Shown one piece after another: positions 25,101-36,988 of a stretch of DNA of 64,000 nucleotides. This DNA is from Fonticula alba ATCC 38817 (taxonomy: Eukaryota > Protista > Nucleariida). Position 1 is the first letter of the stretch. Each line of letters opens with the position of its first letter. The position numbers were made by a program, and so were the translations under genes. The stretch is from NCBI GenBank assembly GCA_000388065.2, contig KB932206.1; one strand, given 5' to 3'. The notes under the pieces were generated by a model. The model was not told where the DNA came from, did no database searches, and was given only the letters and a program-made list of their open reading frames with translations.

Positions 25101-25558
25101 CGGGAGACGCCATCGCTGAAGAGGATTTGATCGGGGGAGAGCAGGACCTGCGTCGGGTCCGAGAAGGCCGAGGTGATGAGCGGCTCCAGAGGGGACAGCG
25201 GCAAGGTGACCCGCGAGGCGCCGGAGCTGAGCATGCAAGAGAGGGGCTGCTCCATGGGGGCGGACACGAACCCGATCGGGGCAGTGCGCCCATCGGCGGC
25301 TGTCGGCAGCATGCGCACGGCGTAGTGCGCGCCATGGAAGAAAATGTCATCCAGGCCGTCTCGACCACGGGAAGACATGGACCATTGGTCGAAGGCGTCG
25401 CAAAATTGGATCTCCACCGAGGCGTCCAGGGGACCGGGGGTCGGGCTGGCAAGCTCGCGAACCAGATGGAAGGCGAAGCTTTCGGGTGCCGACCGGGCCA
25501 GCCCAGTCAGCAGCGCCAGGCCACTGAGCAGGAGACCCAACAGCAGTTGTGCCACCAT
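16103..25558 (-). CDS. Giant type I membrane protein (about 2959 aa) with FG-GAP-like and EGF/furin-like Cys-rich repeats; exons 25558-24109, 23915-22353, 22205-16500, 16263-16103
   Basis: Signal peptide MVAQLLLGLLLSGLALLTGLA. FG-GAP-like Ca-binding motifs GDFDGDGDASD, GDFDGDGRPD, GDFNADGLVD, ADVNNDGMVD. About two dozen furin-like repeats; TM LILGLAIGIPLLLIVVAIVVFVVL. Three phase-1 GT-AG introns join ORFs 23807-25558, 22258-24144, 16345-22239 and 16103-16402; spliced length is 8880 nt. Confidence 0.88.
16790..18110 (-). repeat. Coding tandem array of 8 near-identical furin-like units (about 50-53 aa each)
   Basis: Eight copies of C..C...C..C......C..C...RL(L/Q)L.G.GTCLP.....CP.GW. DNA motif ggcaggcaggt(g/c)ccct recurs about every 155-170 bp. 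Confidence 0.9.
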
Positions 25559-26289
25559 GGCAAATGAAGGGACTTGCCCGTGCCCGCTTTCTCTGTGCCT
25601 CGCGAGGGGGTTGGAAGATCCTCAGGCGGAGAAGGGGGGAGATGCTGGCTGCGAGAGGGGCCGAAATGGAGGGGAGAGAGAGAGAGAGAGAGAGATGTGT
25701 ATGTATTGCAACGCAGGCGGAATCCTCGGAATAATCCCGCCGAAATGTTGGTTGGTTTGGAGGAGGTGGCAAAGGACCAGGCAATACCACGCCCTAGCTG
25801 ATCGCACGTCTGTATGCAAGCCCGGGGCGTCGTGCATCGGGGGCAATCTCAGCTCCAATCGAACTCTGGCCACCTCGCCCCCCTCCGCCCAGGAGCCCGG
25901 TCACCTAATGCCTGAGCCAACATCGGGCGGGTGAGGTTTCAGGGTGATATTCCGGTTGGCGAGGTGGCCAAGTGGGTGGGGCCAGGGTGTGCCAATAGCG
26001 GGGTAGTGTATGAGGAGGCTGGATTTGACAATCGGAGGTGAAGAGCGCCCGAGTATTGCCCCCCTCCGCCGCGCGGGAGTGGGGGGGGGGACCATCTGCG
26101 GGCAGATGGACAACGAGCAAGGGCATAAGCGACCCTGACTGTCCGCCTGTCTGCCTCTTTCCTGCCCTCCTTGGCCATTCCTTCTTCTCCTCATGTACAC
26201 CTCTCCAGTCATCCCAAGGAGTCCCGGGGGACAATCATATGCACTCTATTGTTGGTGGGAAGTCGAATGGTTGTATTCCCTCCCCCCTT

Positions 26290-26290
<1 letters not shown>

Positions 26291-26330
<40 letters not shown>
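26291..26330. repeat. (CA)n microsatellite
   Basis: About 20 perfect CA units. Confidence 0.95.
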
Positions 26331-26331
<1 letters not shown>

Positions 26332-28914
26332 CACGTACAGGCACGCACACAGACACAGACACACCTGTCTTCGATCGCATGGTGCCTATTGTTTTGTCTA
26401 GCCTCGCTCGTGCGCGACCCAGCACCCCACCCCGGCACAGCGCGAACAATATCGGACCTAACATCGAGCACGAGTAGAGGGAAATACACCCCCCCCCCCC
26501 CTCCCAGGGGGACAGGAAATTGCATCCGGACAGGGGCATTCACGGCCCGGGAGACCTCGTCTCGGGAGAATCACCCAGGGACGCAGGGAGCCGCCTCCTC
26601 GGCCCCTGCCCCCTGCGGCCCCTGTCCCCTCGGCCGGCCGGGCTCCCTCTGCGCGACGCGGCGCAGGGGGCGTCTCCCCCCAGCGCCCTCGGCCCAACGG
26701 CGGTTCAGCGGACCAAATTGAGGGGCTGCCCAGAGAAGTCAGCCTCAGACCAGGCAGAGATGCCGCCATGAAACACCCCCTAACCACGGCCGAGGCCGCC
26801 AGCCTCGCCCAGTCGGGCTCTTTTCTCCGGGGAGCTCTTAGGCCGGCGGGGGGGGGAGGAGCACGGCATCCAAGCGGGGGTATAGTAGTACGTCGGGAGA
26901 GGAAGGACTCGCGTGGCCCCGAGCAGGCCTACGCCTGGGCTTGCTTGCGTCTGGAACATCAACAAAAAAAAAAGGCCCGGGCCCCTACCGACCGTCTGGG
27001 GGGGGGGGTGAGCTAAATATCGAAGAATCGAGCGGGGCAACTCCCCCTCGATCGTGACACATGTGCCATGGTGGCCGATCCGGGGCCTCGTGGGGAGGGG
27101 GCCCGACTGGACGTCGAGTCGGGGGCAGACCACTCCGATCTAGTGCGTGGGCACGCCACAGAGGATGCCCCTTGCTCCACCGGACTGCCGGGCTTGTTTC
27201 ATCGCCATATGACCAGATAATGTGATAATGTCGCCCACCAGCGCCGGTCTTGGGCATCCAGCAAGGGGATGCTCTCCGAAGCCAGCTTGGTCCGAACCGA
27301 GGACGGATCTCGGCCCAAGCGGAGGTATGGATCCCGCCACGGATCATGGCCCCCACTCTGGGGGAGAGCTCAGTCGCCCCTCCCCCCCCCCCCCTCCCGG
27401 CGTCCGAGCGTCCGGCAGGACAACACCCGCGGCGAGGATGGTCGCACGAGTGGGCAGAAGGGCACGAGGGAGGCGGGGATCATCGCCTCGGACTGAATGG
27501 AATCCGCCGAACAGAAAGCACGCACAGCGTGTGTCGGGGAATCGATCGGGTCGTCGCCGATACCCAGTTAGCCGGCTGGGCCAACCAACTGGTTGAAAGT
27601 GCGAAACGAAGAGGGGCCAGCCGCCTCATGCCTATGGAAGGCTTCCTCCCGTTCGGATGTCGGGCAGCCTCTCCCGGCCCTCTTGAGACCGCCACCCGGA
27701 GGCTCTTCAAGCCTCGCGTAGCACCGATCCGGATGTGGGGCCTCTGCATCCTGTTTGTGTTTATTTCGGGCCGGATGGCCCCCGGCAACAGGCCCACCGG
27801 ATCCCCTGGCGCCGGGAGCACCAGCCCGCACGACCGTTGGCGGTACGGTCGACCGGCGCCGGATGGCTATCGCCAGGTGCTGGATGTTCTGATGGGCTAT
27901 CGGACGCTAACCCAATGCGCCATATTCAAGCAGGCGGGCTGAAGATCTTTGCCGTGCCCACCTTGCGTCCAGCCTCCGGCTGTCAGCGGGCGAACGAGCT
28001 CACGGCGGCCGCTACGTGCCGACACCCGCTACTGGGGGGCGCAAGACGAACGCCCACCAATCGCGCAGGAGAGCACCTTTTGCCCCCTATTCCCGAAGTC
28101 CAACACGGAGCCCCGAGGAAGGGCACGGACAAACACCGGGCTTCTGTGGCGCCGCGAAGGCGGCCCAGCCACGGCGAGAGATACGCCCTGCCCTCCGCCA
28201 AGCACACAAATCTGGCGCCTCTCACAGCTGTGCCCGGCGGCCCTCGGCCCTCTCTACAGTGCGCCTCGCGCTCGGCCCCCGCGCACCCCCCTGCCTCTTC
28301 CATCCCGCCCCCCTCCTCTCAGCCCCATGCGCAGGCCCCTCCTCCCTGACCCCTGGAAAGACAAACGAAGCGGAGCCAGAGAAGGCGGCAGGAGGGGAGA
28401 CACGGAAAGAGGGAGGGTCACAGTCCTCCCTATTCCCGGCCACAAGAAAGGAGAGAACCCGGTCCCAGGAGTGCGCGGATATGCCCACGCAACCATGGCC
28501 CGTGCGTGACGCGCGCTGTCCCCTGCCCCGCCCCCCCCTCTGCCAAGGGAGTGAAGCGCGCGCAGAGGAGGGGAAGGCAGCACCCTGTGCGTCCCCCCCC
28601 TCCCGCCCCGACCCTGCGCGCTGGCTCGATCTAATGGGGTGTGTGCCTCTCCCCCAACGTGGGAAGAAGAAGGCACACACACGCACACGCCCGTCGGAGA
28701 AGAGAGAGAGAGAGAGAGAGCGAGCGAGAGAGAGACCGGGAGGAGCAAGGAACGAGACACTCAAACGGAGAGAAAAGAATGACCAGGAGGAGGAAGAGCG
28801 AACGCGCGCGCACGAGGGAGAAGGGTGGTGTGTATGGAGGACAACATCTCTCACAGCAAGGTGGGACATGAAAACATGTTTTGAATCGAGAAAACCGGAC
28901 ACTTTACAAGCATC

Positions 28915-29514
28915 TTAGTTCTTGCCCTTCTTCTCAGCGGCCTTGGAGGCAGCGGCGTGCTGCTTGGCAAGGTTCTTGACGAGCTTCTGCTCCTCGAGGA
29001 GGAAAGCGCGGACGATGCTGCGCGAGGGGGAAGGAGAAGGGAAGGAGACGAGGGGGGACAGGGAATCGGTAAGTGTTAGCCTCGGGAAAGGATGCGCCCT
29101 CGCCCCGCCGCCCTGCCAGCCAGCACAAACCACTAGACTGCCATCTCCCCCCGCCGGCCGCCTGTACACACACACACACAGTGGGGCGCATGGCGAAGCA
29201 GGAGGGGGAGCGAGAGAGAGACAGAGAAAGAAAGATCCAGAGACGCACCGGTCGCGGACGCAGCCACCGCAGCGAGAGCCACCGTAAGAGCGAGAAACGG
29301 TCTTCTGGGTCTTGGACAGACGAGAAAGAGCGAACGGGCGAGAGGCAGGCAGGCCGATCAGCTTGCAACCGCAGTCACCGCAGCTGGGGACCTTACCGCG
29401 CTTGGTGATGTAGTGAACGGTGTAACGACCACCAGGGGTGCGGACCTTGCGGACCTGGTTGGAGGTGGTGTTGTAGGACAGGCGACGGCGGTAAGTGACA
29501 CGGGTGTCGACCAT
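28915..29514 (-). CDS. RPL34: 60S ribosomal protein eL34; exons 29514-29249, 29017-28915
   Basis: [61 protein letters not shown]|[14 protein letters not shown]. Intron 29248-29018 (GTGCGT..CAG). Confidence 0.98.
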   Translation of the reverse strand: MVDTRVTYRRRLSYNTTSNQVRKVRTPGGRYTVHYITKRGKVPSCGDCGCKLIGLPASRPFALSRLSKTQKTVSRSYGGSRCGGCVRDRCVSGSFFLCLSLAPPPASPCAPLCVCVYRRPAGGDGSLVVCAGWQGGGARAHPFPRLTLTDSLSPLVSFPSPSPSRSIVRAFLLEEQKLVKNLAKQHAAASKAAEKKGKN

Positions 29515-30803
29515 TTTGCTGTTATTGGGCGAGATGCGAGGAGAGGGCGTTCGGAGGGGGGGGGAGGAGAGAGAGAGAGGGGGGAGCGAGAAAGATCAAA
29601 GCGAGACGGGGGGAGCAGAAAAAGCCGCGGGCGGTGAAGAGAGGGGGAGATGGGGGAGACAGACAGACAAGAGGACTGAGTTAGTCACCGGAGAAGGGGC
29701 GAGGTGAAGGGCAGAGAGCATGGAGAGAGAGAGAGAGAAGCCACGGCCGTCTCCCGGAGAATGCGGAGCACGGGGGTGGGAATGACGCGTGCGCGACACC
29801 GCCCCGGCAACCGCCATGCACTGGAAAAGCCAAGGGCGGAGCCCGCATCGGATGCAGCTCACGGGGAAACACATCCGACACACACACACACACACGCGTG
29901 CAAATATGGGTGCCTCGGAAATTCAATCACCCCCCAGTCGCCTCGGAGAACTATTTGCATTGCGCAGCGATGCCGCTCACCCCCGCTCGGGGGCATGCTG
30001 ACCGCGCGCGTGCACTGGAAGAGCGTCCACACACGCGCAGTTCCCCCCTGCCTTCCCGATGAGAAGAGGGAGACCACGCATGCTGCTGCCAGTGGGGATA
30101 TCCGTGTGCGCGTGCGCATGCGTGTGCGTATGTATGCACACGCGTGGACTCGCATACACACACACACCCCCTCCGGAGGAGGAGGAGGGAGACCGCCCGT
30201 TGGACGAGGATGTGCGTCCATGCAAAGGTTGTCCGGGGAAGGGAAGGAGGAGCAAGGAGACATTGCCAGCAGGAATCGCCCTGCCCCCCTCGCAGGGTGC
30301 CGCGGCGGGGAGAGGGGGAGTGGCAGGGGAAGGAGCACGCGTAACACGCGCACGCGCGTGTGTGTGTGTGTGTGTGTCGGGATGTGTTGCGGGCAAGAGG
30401 AGACAAGAGGAGAGGGGAGGGGAGAGGCAAAACGCACAATAACCTTATCTCAGCGAGGCCGGGGGGACAGACACATCAACAAGGATAGAGGCCTGCCAAC
30501 TGTGGTTGTTCGATGCTGTGGTCTGGCACATAAATCCAGCCTCGGCCTTCCGGCAGTGTTGAACGCCTCATCCGCGCCCGGGCGGGACACACACTGGGGA
30601 GACGGGGGATGAGGCCGCCCTCTGTCTCCCCCCACTCCCCCTCCCCGTTGCCCGCCACCCCCGCCCCCCACCCCCGTACTTGCTCCCGGGGAGGCCACCT
30701 CTCCCCGCACTCCTCCCGAGTAACAGGCATCCCCTCACGCTTCGGGGAAAGGAGGAAGACCCGCATCCGCGCACACAGACACACACGCCCTCTCCCCCCC
30801 CCC

Positions 30804-30863
30804 NNNNNNNNNNNNNNNNNNNNNNNNNNNNNNNNNNNNNNNNNNNNNNNNNNNNNNNNNNNN
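30804..30863. other. Assembly gap
   Basis: N run flanked by poly-C. Confidence 1.
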
Positions 30864-31841
30864 CCCCCCCCCCCGGACACACCCGAACAGCCGGACACGC
30901 CCCACGAAGGGAGGCCCCTGGTTGGGCCTGTGCGAGGTCGCGGGCCAGCCCCACCCTGGGGGATTGCCTTTCCTCTGGGCGTGTATGCTGGGCCCGCCCG
31001 CCGGTGGAACCATGCCCCAAGGCACCGGCGTCTCATCATCTCTCTGGTCAAAGGGATCATTTTTTCCAGAAGACCCCTCCCCCGTCCCGGGTCCTCCCGC
31101 CATACACGGCCCCCGCACCCACGGTCGCCCAGACCCCAGAGAGGCGGCACGCGGGGACATACACTGCGAAGGTGTGGGTCCCTGGTCTTTTGCCATGCAC
31201 CGACAAACCAACAGTCCGGAACTCTGACGTGAAAAGGCCATATTTCAAAAGATGCTCCCAACTGACCTTTGTACTCGGAGACCGGAACTCCCGGGCTTTT
31301 CTCCCGCGACACACGAACAAACTGGCATCGACTACGTTCATGTAAACTTTTTTGACCCGAGAATCATTGATGTTTATTTGAGCCTTTTTATTTTTGAAAT
31401 AAAACAAACTTGAGCACGATGTGGCAGGATCAAATTTCGCTTTCGGGTATGAAGCACGATAATACCATTCCGCCGGATACGGATATGTGACAAGATCAAT
31501 GTTTTTTGACTGTCTATTTTGCCTCTGTGCTTGACTCTCGCACACACACACACACACGGCACAGAGGGAAACACGGCATGCGTGTTTGCACATAAGGGGG
31601 CTGGGGATGATCTTCCCATCCCCCTCCCCCCTCTGCCGCCTGGCACGCTTGATCGGCACCATGGGCGGGGAGGGCAAGAAAGGCATACGCCCACATTTCC
31701 CCTCGCTCGTCTCCCACCCATCGGGTGGGTGTCATACAAACGGCGGAGCCGGGCCACCGCGAGCGACCTGGTGCCCCACGGCGAGGAGAGGCAAGGCAAC
31801 ACGCACGCCCATGTGCGCAGAGGCGTGCATGGGCTGCTCCC

Positions 31842-33127
31842 TCAGCGGACCTTCAGATTCTTGACCATCTTCTTCTGCTCCTTCTTCTTCAGCTTGTTCT
31901 CCAGCTTCTCCAGTGCATCGCCCCCCTGGGACTTGGCCTGCTCCAGCTGGGCGTCGATGCGCTCCTGACGCCGGGCTTGGGATTGCTGGGTGTCGGCACG
32001 GGGAGCGCACGCCGAAGGGTGGGAGGATGGAAGGGGGGGGGGGGTCGTCAATGTCACCGAAGGGGTGGGAATCGCAACACAGACACAGTTGGACAGGGCG
32101 GCAACCCCCGGGGCCATATTCCTCGTACCTCCTGGCGCTCCTTGTGGAGGAGACCGTCCGTGACGGCGGTGCGCTTCTTGGCGAGCTGCGAGACAACATT
32201 AGCCGGGAGGTCCATGGTGGCAATGCGGTCCACCAGATAGATGGCCAGCTCGCCGGCCGTGGTGGCCGCCTTGGTAATGGCCTCGGCCTCGGACTGGCCG
32301 GCACGCAGCTCGGGGATCAGGTTCATGACCATGGTCACCTGCAGGCGCGGGGGAGTGCCCTTGGGCATGGCGTCAAAGGCCACCGACGGCTGGTCCGAGA
32401 TGTGCAGCGACACCAGGGCCCCATCACGCAGCAGACCGGCCACTGCGTCAATTACGCCGGCCGGCTCGAAGAGAGCCTCCGCAATGGCGGTCGACTCGCA
32501 CAGGATGGCCAGATCCTCCAGACCGGCCAGCTTCCGGGAGTTGACCGGGCCGCGCCCGGCGAAGGAGGCCACATCGCCACGATCCTGGCTAAGGGCCGCG
32601 AGGCGCTTGGTGTGGCCGGCCAGGAGCACAAACTTCGGCGCCGCCTCGGCGGACACTTGGGCAGTGAAGACCTGTCACGGGCGGGGCAGGGATTAGCGCA
32701 TGTCCAGGGGGGCGAGCGGGAAGCCTTGGCAACGGGGGCGGGGGTACACACCACTCGGTCATGCGACGCGGCAGTCACCTCATCAGTCAGCAGACCGACG
32801 ATGTCCATGCGACGCTTCAGCTGGATGCCCACGGCCAGGCTCTCGAAGTGCACGCGACCGGAGGCATAGAACCAGTACTGCGAGGGGCTGTCCTGGATCA
32901 AGAGGTGGCCCTTGCCATCGCCGAAGTAGGCGAACTGGTTCTTGAAGGAGGAGAAGAGAGCCTTGGCATAGGTGTGGGCCAGATGCTGGTTGCGGCTGTT
33001 GCCGCGAAGGTAAAAGGCCCCGTAGGCGGCCAGGAAGAGAATCAACAGCAGCTCAATGTGGAAGGTCTGCAGGTAGGTAGCGATGGTGGCTGGACACCCG
33101 GCGGGTGGGGAGTGTGTGTGTGTGAGT

Positions 33128-33158
<31 letters not shown>

Positions 33159-33377
33159 GGACAGGGACGCGGTGAGTTAGGTGGGACATATGTCCGATAC
33201 TGGAGAGATGGGGGTGGGGTGGGAGGCGGGAGGAGAGGGCATACCCGAGTCAAAGGCAAGCATGCCACCGGCGGCGGAGGACTGTTCTGAGACCCTGGGG
33301 TGGGAGGGGGGATATGTGAGTTAGCAAGGGTGGGCGAAGGCAGGCCAATGGAAGGGCGCGTACTGGGCGTCAGTCAT
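31842..33377 (-). CDS. CCDC47: PAT complex subunit CCDC47 / DUF1682-family ER membrane protein (multi-exon)
   Basis: N-terminal TM (IELLLILFLAAYGAFYLRGNSRNQHLA), QFAYFG, DSPSQYWFYASGR, QLKRRMDIV, and a C-terminal Lys/Glu coiled coil (LEKLENKLKKKEQKKM). Introns GTACGC, GTATGC, GTGTGT, GTACGA. Confidence 0.85.
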
Positions 33378-33507
33378 GTTGTGATGAGGGCGGAGCAGGA
33401 TCCGGCCTGTGGAGCAGTCGGGGGGAGGGGACGGTGGCGGTGGTGGCAAGGGGTGACACAGGGATAGGCACCGGGGTCAGCAAGACAAGAGGTAGAAGGG
33501 GGAGGGG

Positions 33508-33541
33508 NNNNNNNNNNNNNNNNNNNNNNNNNNNNNNNNNN
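33508..33541. other. Assembly gap
   Basis: N run. Confidence 1.
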
Positions 33542-33770
33542 GGAGGGCCAAAAGCCGCGGGTACCTTGCACTGCTTAGGGGGGGGCAGTTCAAGCGTATG
33601 CGGCAGACAGCAGGTGGGCGAGTACAGAGAGAGGGGGAGGGGGAGAGGGTGTCGATGCTCCCCAACGCGCTAGGCCGGGGTTCGTTTCGCCGGCATCTGA
33701 AAGGCGGGGGATGGACCCTGCCACTCGTGCGGTTGGGAGGCGCGGGGTCTGGGGGCGGGCGGCTCGATGT

Positions 33771-33880
33771 CCAATCGGATTCCGGTCACGCGCGCACGTG
33801 ACAAACCACTCCTTCGCATTGCGTAAGGTCGTCCCCCGCTCCTTCGCTCGGGCAGCATCCTCGAGCGAAAAGCACCAATC
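33771..33880. promoter_or_regulatory. Bidirectional promoter elements between CCDC47 and TPT1
   Basis: CCAATC at 33771 and 33875; near-palindrome GTCACGCGCGCACGTGAC containing a CACGTG E-box at about 33785-33802. Confidence 0.45.
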
Positions 33881-34158
33881 GAGACCGCCGGATCTTGTCG
33901 GTCTTGGTTATGGCAGGGGGCTGGCGTGGGACAGACGCAAGGGGCGCGAGGGGCCGGAGGGGATGCCGGAGATGCCCCCCCCCCCCCCTCTTACGCCCTG
34001 ATGGGAGGGGGTATTTCACAGGGCCTGGTGAGGTGCGGGGAGGCCACCCGCGCGAGGCCATAAATCCCCCTCGCTGATTCTCCTTTCAGGGCCGATCTCT
34101 CTCTCCCCTCCCCCCCCCCACCGCGTCCGCCCGCGCGTTCCGTCCTGCTTCCACCGTC

Positions 34159-35114
34159 ATGTCTGCCCCGGGTGGCCCACTCTCCTTTGACTCTGTCATG
34201 AAGCCCTCTGCCGGCGCCACCGCCTCGAAGGGTGGTCGTCGCGATCGCCGCTCCAGCGCGCCCAAGCCTCTGGCCCCCAGCGGCGGTGCCACCATTGAGC
34301 ACATCTCCCGGCGTCTTTCCTACTTCCTGCGTCATGGCGCTGCCGAGGCTGGCATCCCGATGGCTGCCGACGGCTTTGCCTTCCTCGATGTGCGTGTAGT
34401 CTCCCGACTCTCCGGCAGCTTCTGGCTCTCATATGTGTACTGACCCGCCTGAGTGCTCGCCCATCACCCAGGACATTTTCAAGCAGTCGCAGATGCGAAA
34501 TGTCACCGTCGAGGATGTTCGCGAGGTGGTCCGCGCCTGCCCGAAGCAGCGCTTCGCCCTCGATGAGACCGGCCCCAGGATCCGCATTCGCGCCAACCAG
34601 GGCCATTCGTTCGCCGTTGCCGAGCTCGAGCTCAAGACAGTATGTGCTTGCTCATGCCTTCCACCCTGGCACTCCGCATCTCTCTCCCCCCCCCCCCCCC
34701 ACCAGTCCCCGTCTGACCCCCTCTCCCCCACTGCGTTTCGTTCCCCCCCCTCTGTGATCGGCCCAGATCACCCTTGAGAACTTCACCGAGATCTGCCCCG
34801 TCGTGTACCACGGCACCTCGAAGGGCACCTGGGACAAGATCCTCGAGTCCGGGCACCTTCATCGCATGGCCCGCGAGCATATCCACATGACCGTGCCCCA
34901 GGGGATCTCCGGTGCTCGTGCCAGCGCCGGGATCTTCATCTACATTGACCTGGCCAAGGCACTGACCGATGGCGTGCCCTTCTTCCAGTCCGCCAACGGG
35001 GTGATTCTCTCTCCTGGGGTGGTTGGCACCGAGGGCATTCTCCCGAGCAAGTACTTTGCCAAGGTCACCAACCGGGCCGGCGAGGTCATTTGGACCCCGG
35101 CTCAGGAGGGGTAG
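34159..35114 (+). CDS. TPT1: tRNA 2'-phosphotransferase (Tpt1/KptA); exons 34159-34389, 34472-34639, 34767-35114
   Basis: ISRRLSYFLRHGA, CPKQRF, IRANQGHS, YHGT, LHRMAREHIH, SANGVILSPG. Two phase-0 introns. Confidence 0.96.
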
Positions 35115-35460
35115 ATTGTAAAACACTTACTCGCCTGCTGGCCCGCTCGCCATCTCCAGTGCCCAATGGTGCGCCACTCCATGGGGCGTGTGTCCAAGTG
35201 CGCGCGCGCGCGCACACACACCCACACACTGGGGCCAGGCACCGGATGCTGGCTGATGTGTCAAATAGAAGAAATTGTCATGTATATTTTCCCCCTTCGG
35301 GGTAACGCAAGGGATGGCGGCGAGGCACAAAGAGGGGCACAGTTGCACGAGAGAAAGAGGGACGGGCAAAAAAGAAAGCCAAAGGGCCAGGGGGCCCCCG
35401 GAGGGAGCGCAGAGTGGCCAATCTTGGCGCGTACTGGGGGACAGCGCGTCCCGCCGCAGT

Positions 35461-36988
35461 CTAATTGCGCTGGCGCTTGGTGCCCCGCCCACCGGGGACC
35501 GTGGTCTGGCCCGAAAGGACGGGCTCCCCCTCGGTCGATTTGCCGGTCGACTGAGGCCCACCCAGCGTCGAGCCATGGCGGTCAGCCTGGGTAGAGGCCA
35601 GGTGCAGGGCCGAGCGCTTGCCATTCTGCTGCCCGGGCGGAGGAGCCAGGCGGAAGACAGTGTCGAAGTTGGCCTCACTGCCGGGCGGGGCGCCGGAGCC
35701 GTGCTCGCGGTTGCCGGCGACCGGACGCCCGCCAGCGGAACGCGCCCACGACACGCGCAAGCGTTCCCCAGAGGCAGTGGTAAGCCCCGACCGGAAGAAA
35801 GATCCGACGGCCTTCTCAGCCCCGGCGCGCGTGGCGCACTCGACAAAGGCACAGCGCTTTTCCCGGCTGACGACCACCCGTTGGACCTGCGTCACAGGGG
35901 CAAGCGCATCGCTGTGCAGGGAAGCAGGAGAGGCACGGGGTTAGCGGATGACATCCAGGCGGGAGTGGCAGCAGCCTCGAGAACAGCCCCCTGGCGAGAG
36001 GGGGGAGGAAAGGGAAAAGGCGAGGGGGAAGGGAGGGAAGGGGCATGCTTGTGTCGGACTACGCACATGATGGCCTGGTTGGACACCGAGTCCGAGACGT
36101 TGGAGACAAACAGGCGCTTGAATGTGGGATCGGCTGGAGGCTCGGCCCCGACAGTCGGCCGGCCGGTCGACCCACCCAGGCCCTGGAAGCGCATGCGCGG
36201 ATCGAAGGTCTTCAGCGAGCTGAGAACATCCTCACTGACCTTGCCCTCGACGGGATCGGCCTGCTCAAGCAATGCGAGCGCCTTGCCGGTCAGGTGGTCC
36301 ACCACGTCAGACTTGATAGCCCGGCGTTCGGCAAAGAACTCCGCCCCGCCATCGGTCTGGGCAGACTCATCCCCGGCCAGCTTGGCCTCCAGGTTTTGGA
36401 TGTGGTACTGGCGGTTGATGAGGTTTTGCGGCAGAGACTCCGTCATCTTGAGCGCCCGGTCGCGGATGTGCGGCGCGAGGCCGAACTCCAGATCCAGACC
36501 ACACGACTGGCAGATGTTCTTCTCACGCGTGCATACTTGGCAAATCTCCGTCCGCCGGTAGCGCCCGGTGTCTCCGCCACTCCAACGGAAGACGGTGAAC
36601 GGGCGGTCGCAGATCTGTCGCACAGGAGGGCGTAGCTTGTGAGTGGCCATTTTCCGGGGCAAGCAGCGAGTTGGATGCAGGTGGAATGAGGCAAGGCAAT
36701 GAAGGAGGGCCAAAAGCCGCGGGTACCTTGCACTGCTTACCCATGGACTCGCACGTCATCCGAATGTACGGGTTGTCTCCGAGACACTTGGAACAGGTAA
36801 TGGGGAACTCCTGTGTGTGTGTGTGTGTGTGTGTATGCATGTATGGACAACATGGATTTGCACAGGGGTCAGAGGAGGTGGTCAAGAAATGGAACATGGT
36901 GTGTGTGTGTGTGTGTGTGTGCATGTGAATGCACGGAACGGACCGCGGTCTCGCCGGTTTGGAGGTGAACGTCACGCTTGGGCGGCAT
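35461..36988 (-). CDS. RBM22: Pre-mRNA splicing factor of the RBM22/Slt11(Ecm2) family (4 exons)
   Basis: EFPITCSKCLGDNPYIRM, GKQCK|ICDRPFTVFRW, RRTEICQVCTREKNICQSCGLDLEFGL, and an RRM starting PPADPTFKRLFVSNV with CAFVEC. Confidence 0.93.

Noticed and set aside
27027-27052. Hairpin ATCGAG...CTCGAT with a GCAA-containing loop
   Set aside because: An isolated 10-bp stem with no SRP, RNase P or MRP signature nearby.
27250-27942. 230-aa intergenic ORF
   Set aside because: No motif, no supporting splice structure, and its length is expected by chance at this GC content.
31325-31520. AT-rich island with TCGACTACGTTCA and TGGCAGGATCAA (complementary to the 18S 5' end), resembling U3 box A'/A
   Set aside because: No boxes B, C or D downstream. 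Splicing would destroy AGGAUCA. Short rRNA matches are expected by chance, and AATAAA signals explain it as the CCDC47 3' end.
31057-31686. 209-aa minus-strand ORF across the same island
   Set aside because: It includes microsatellite-encoded sequence and has no homology-like motifs.
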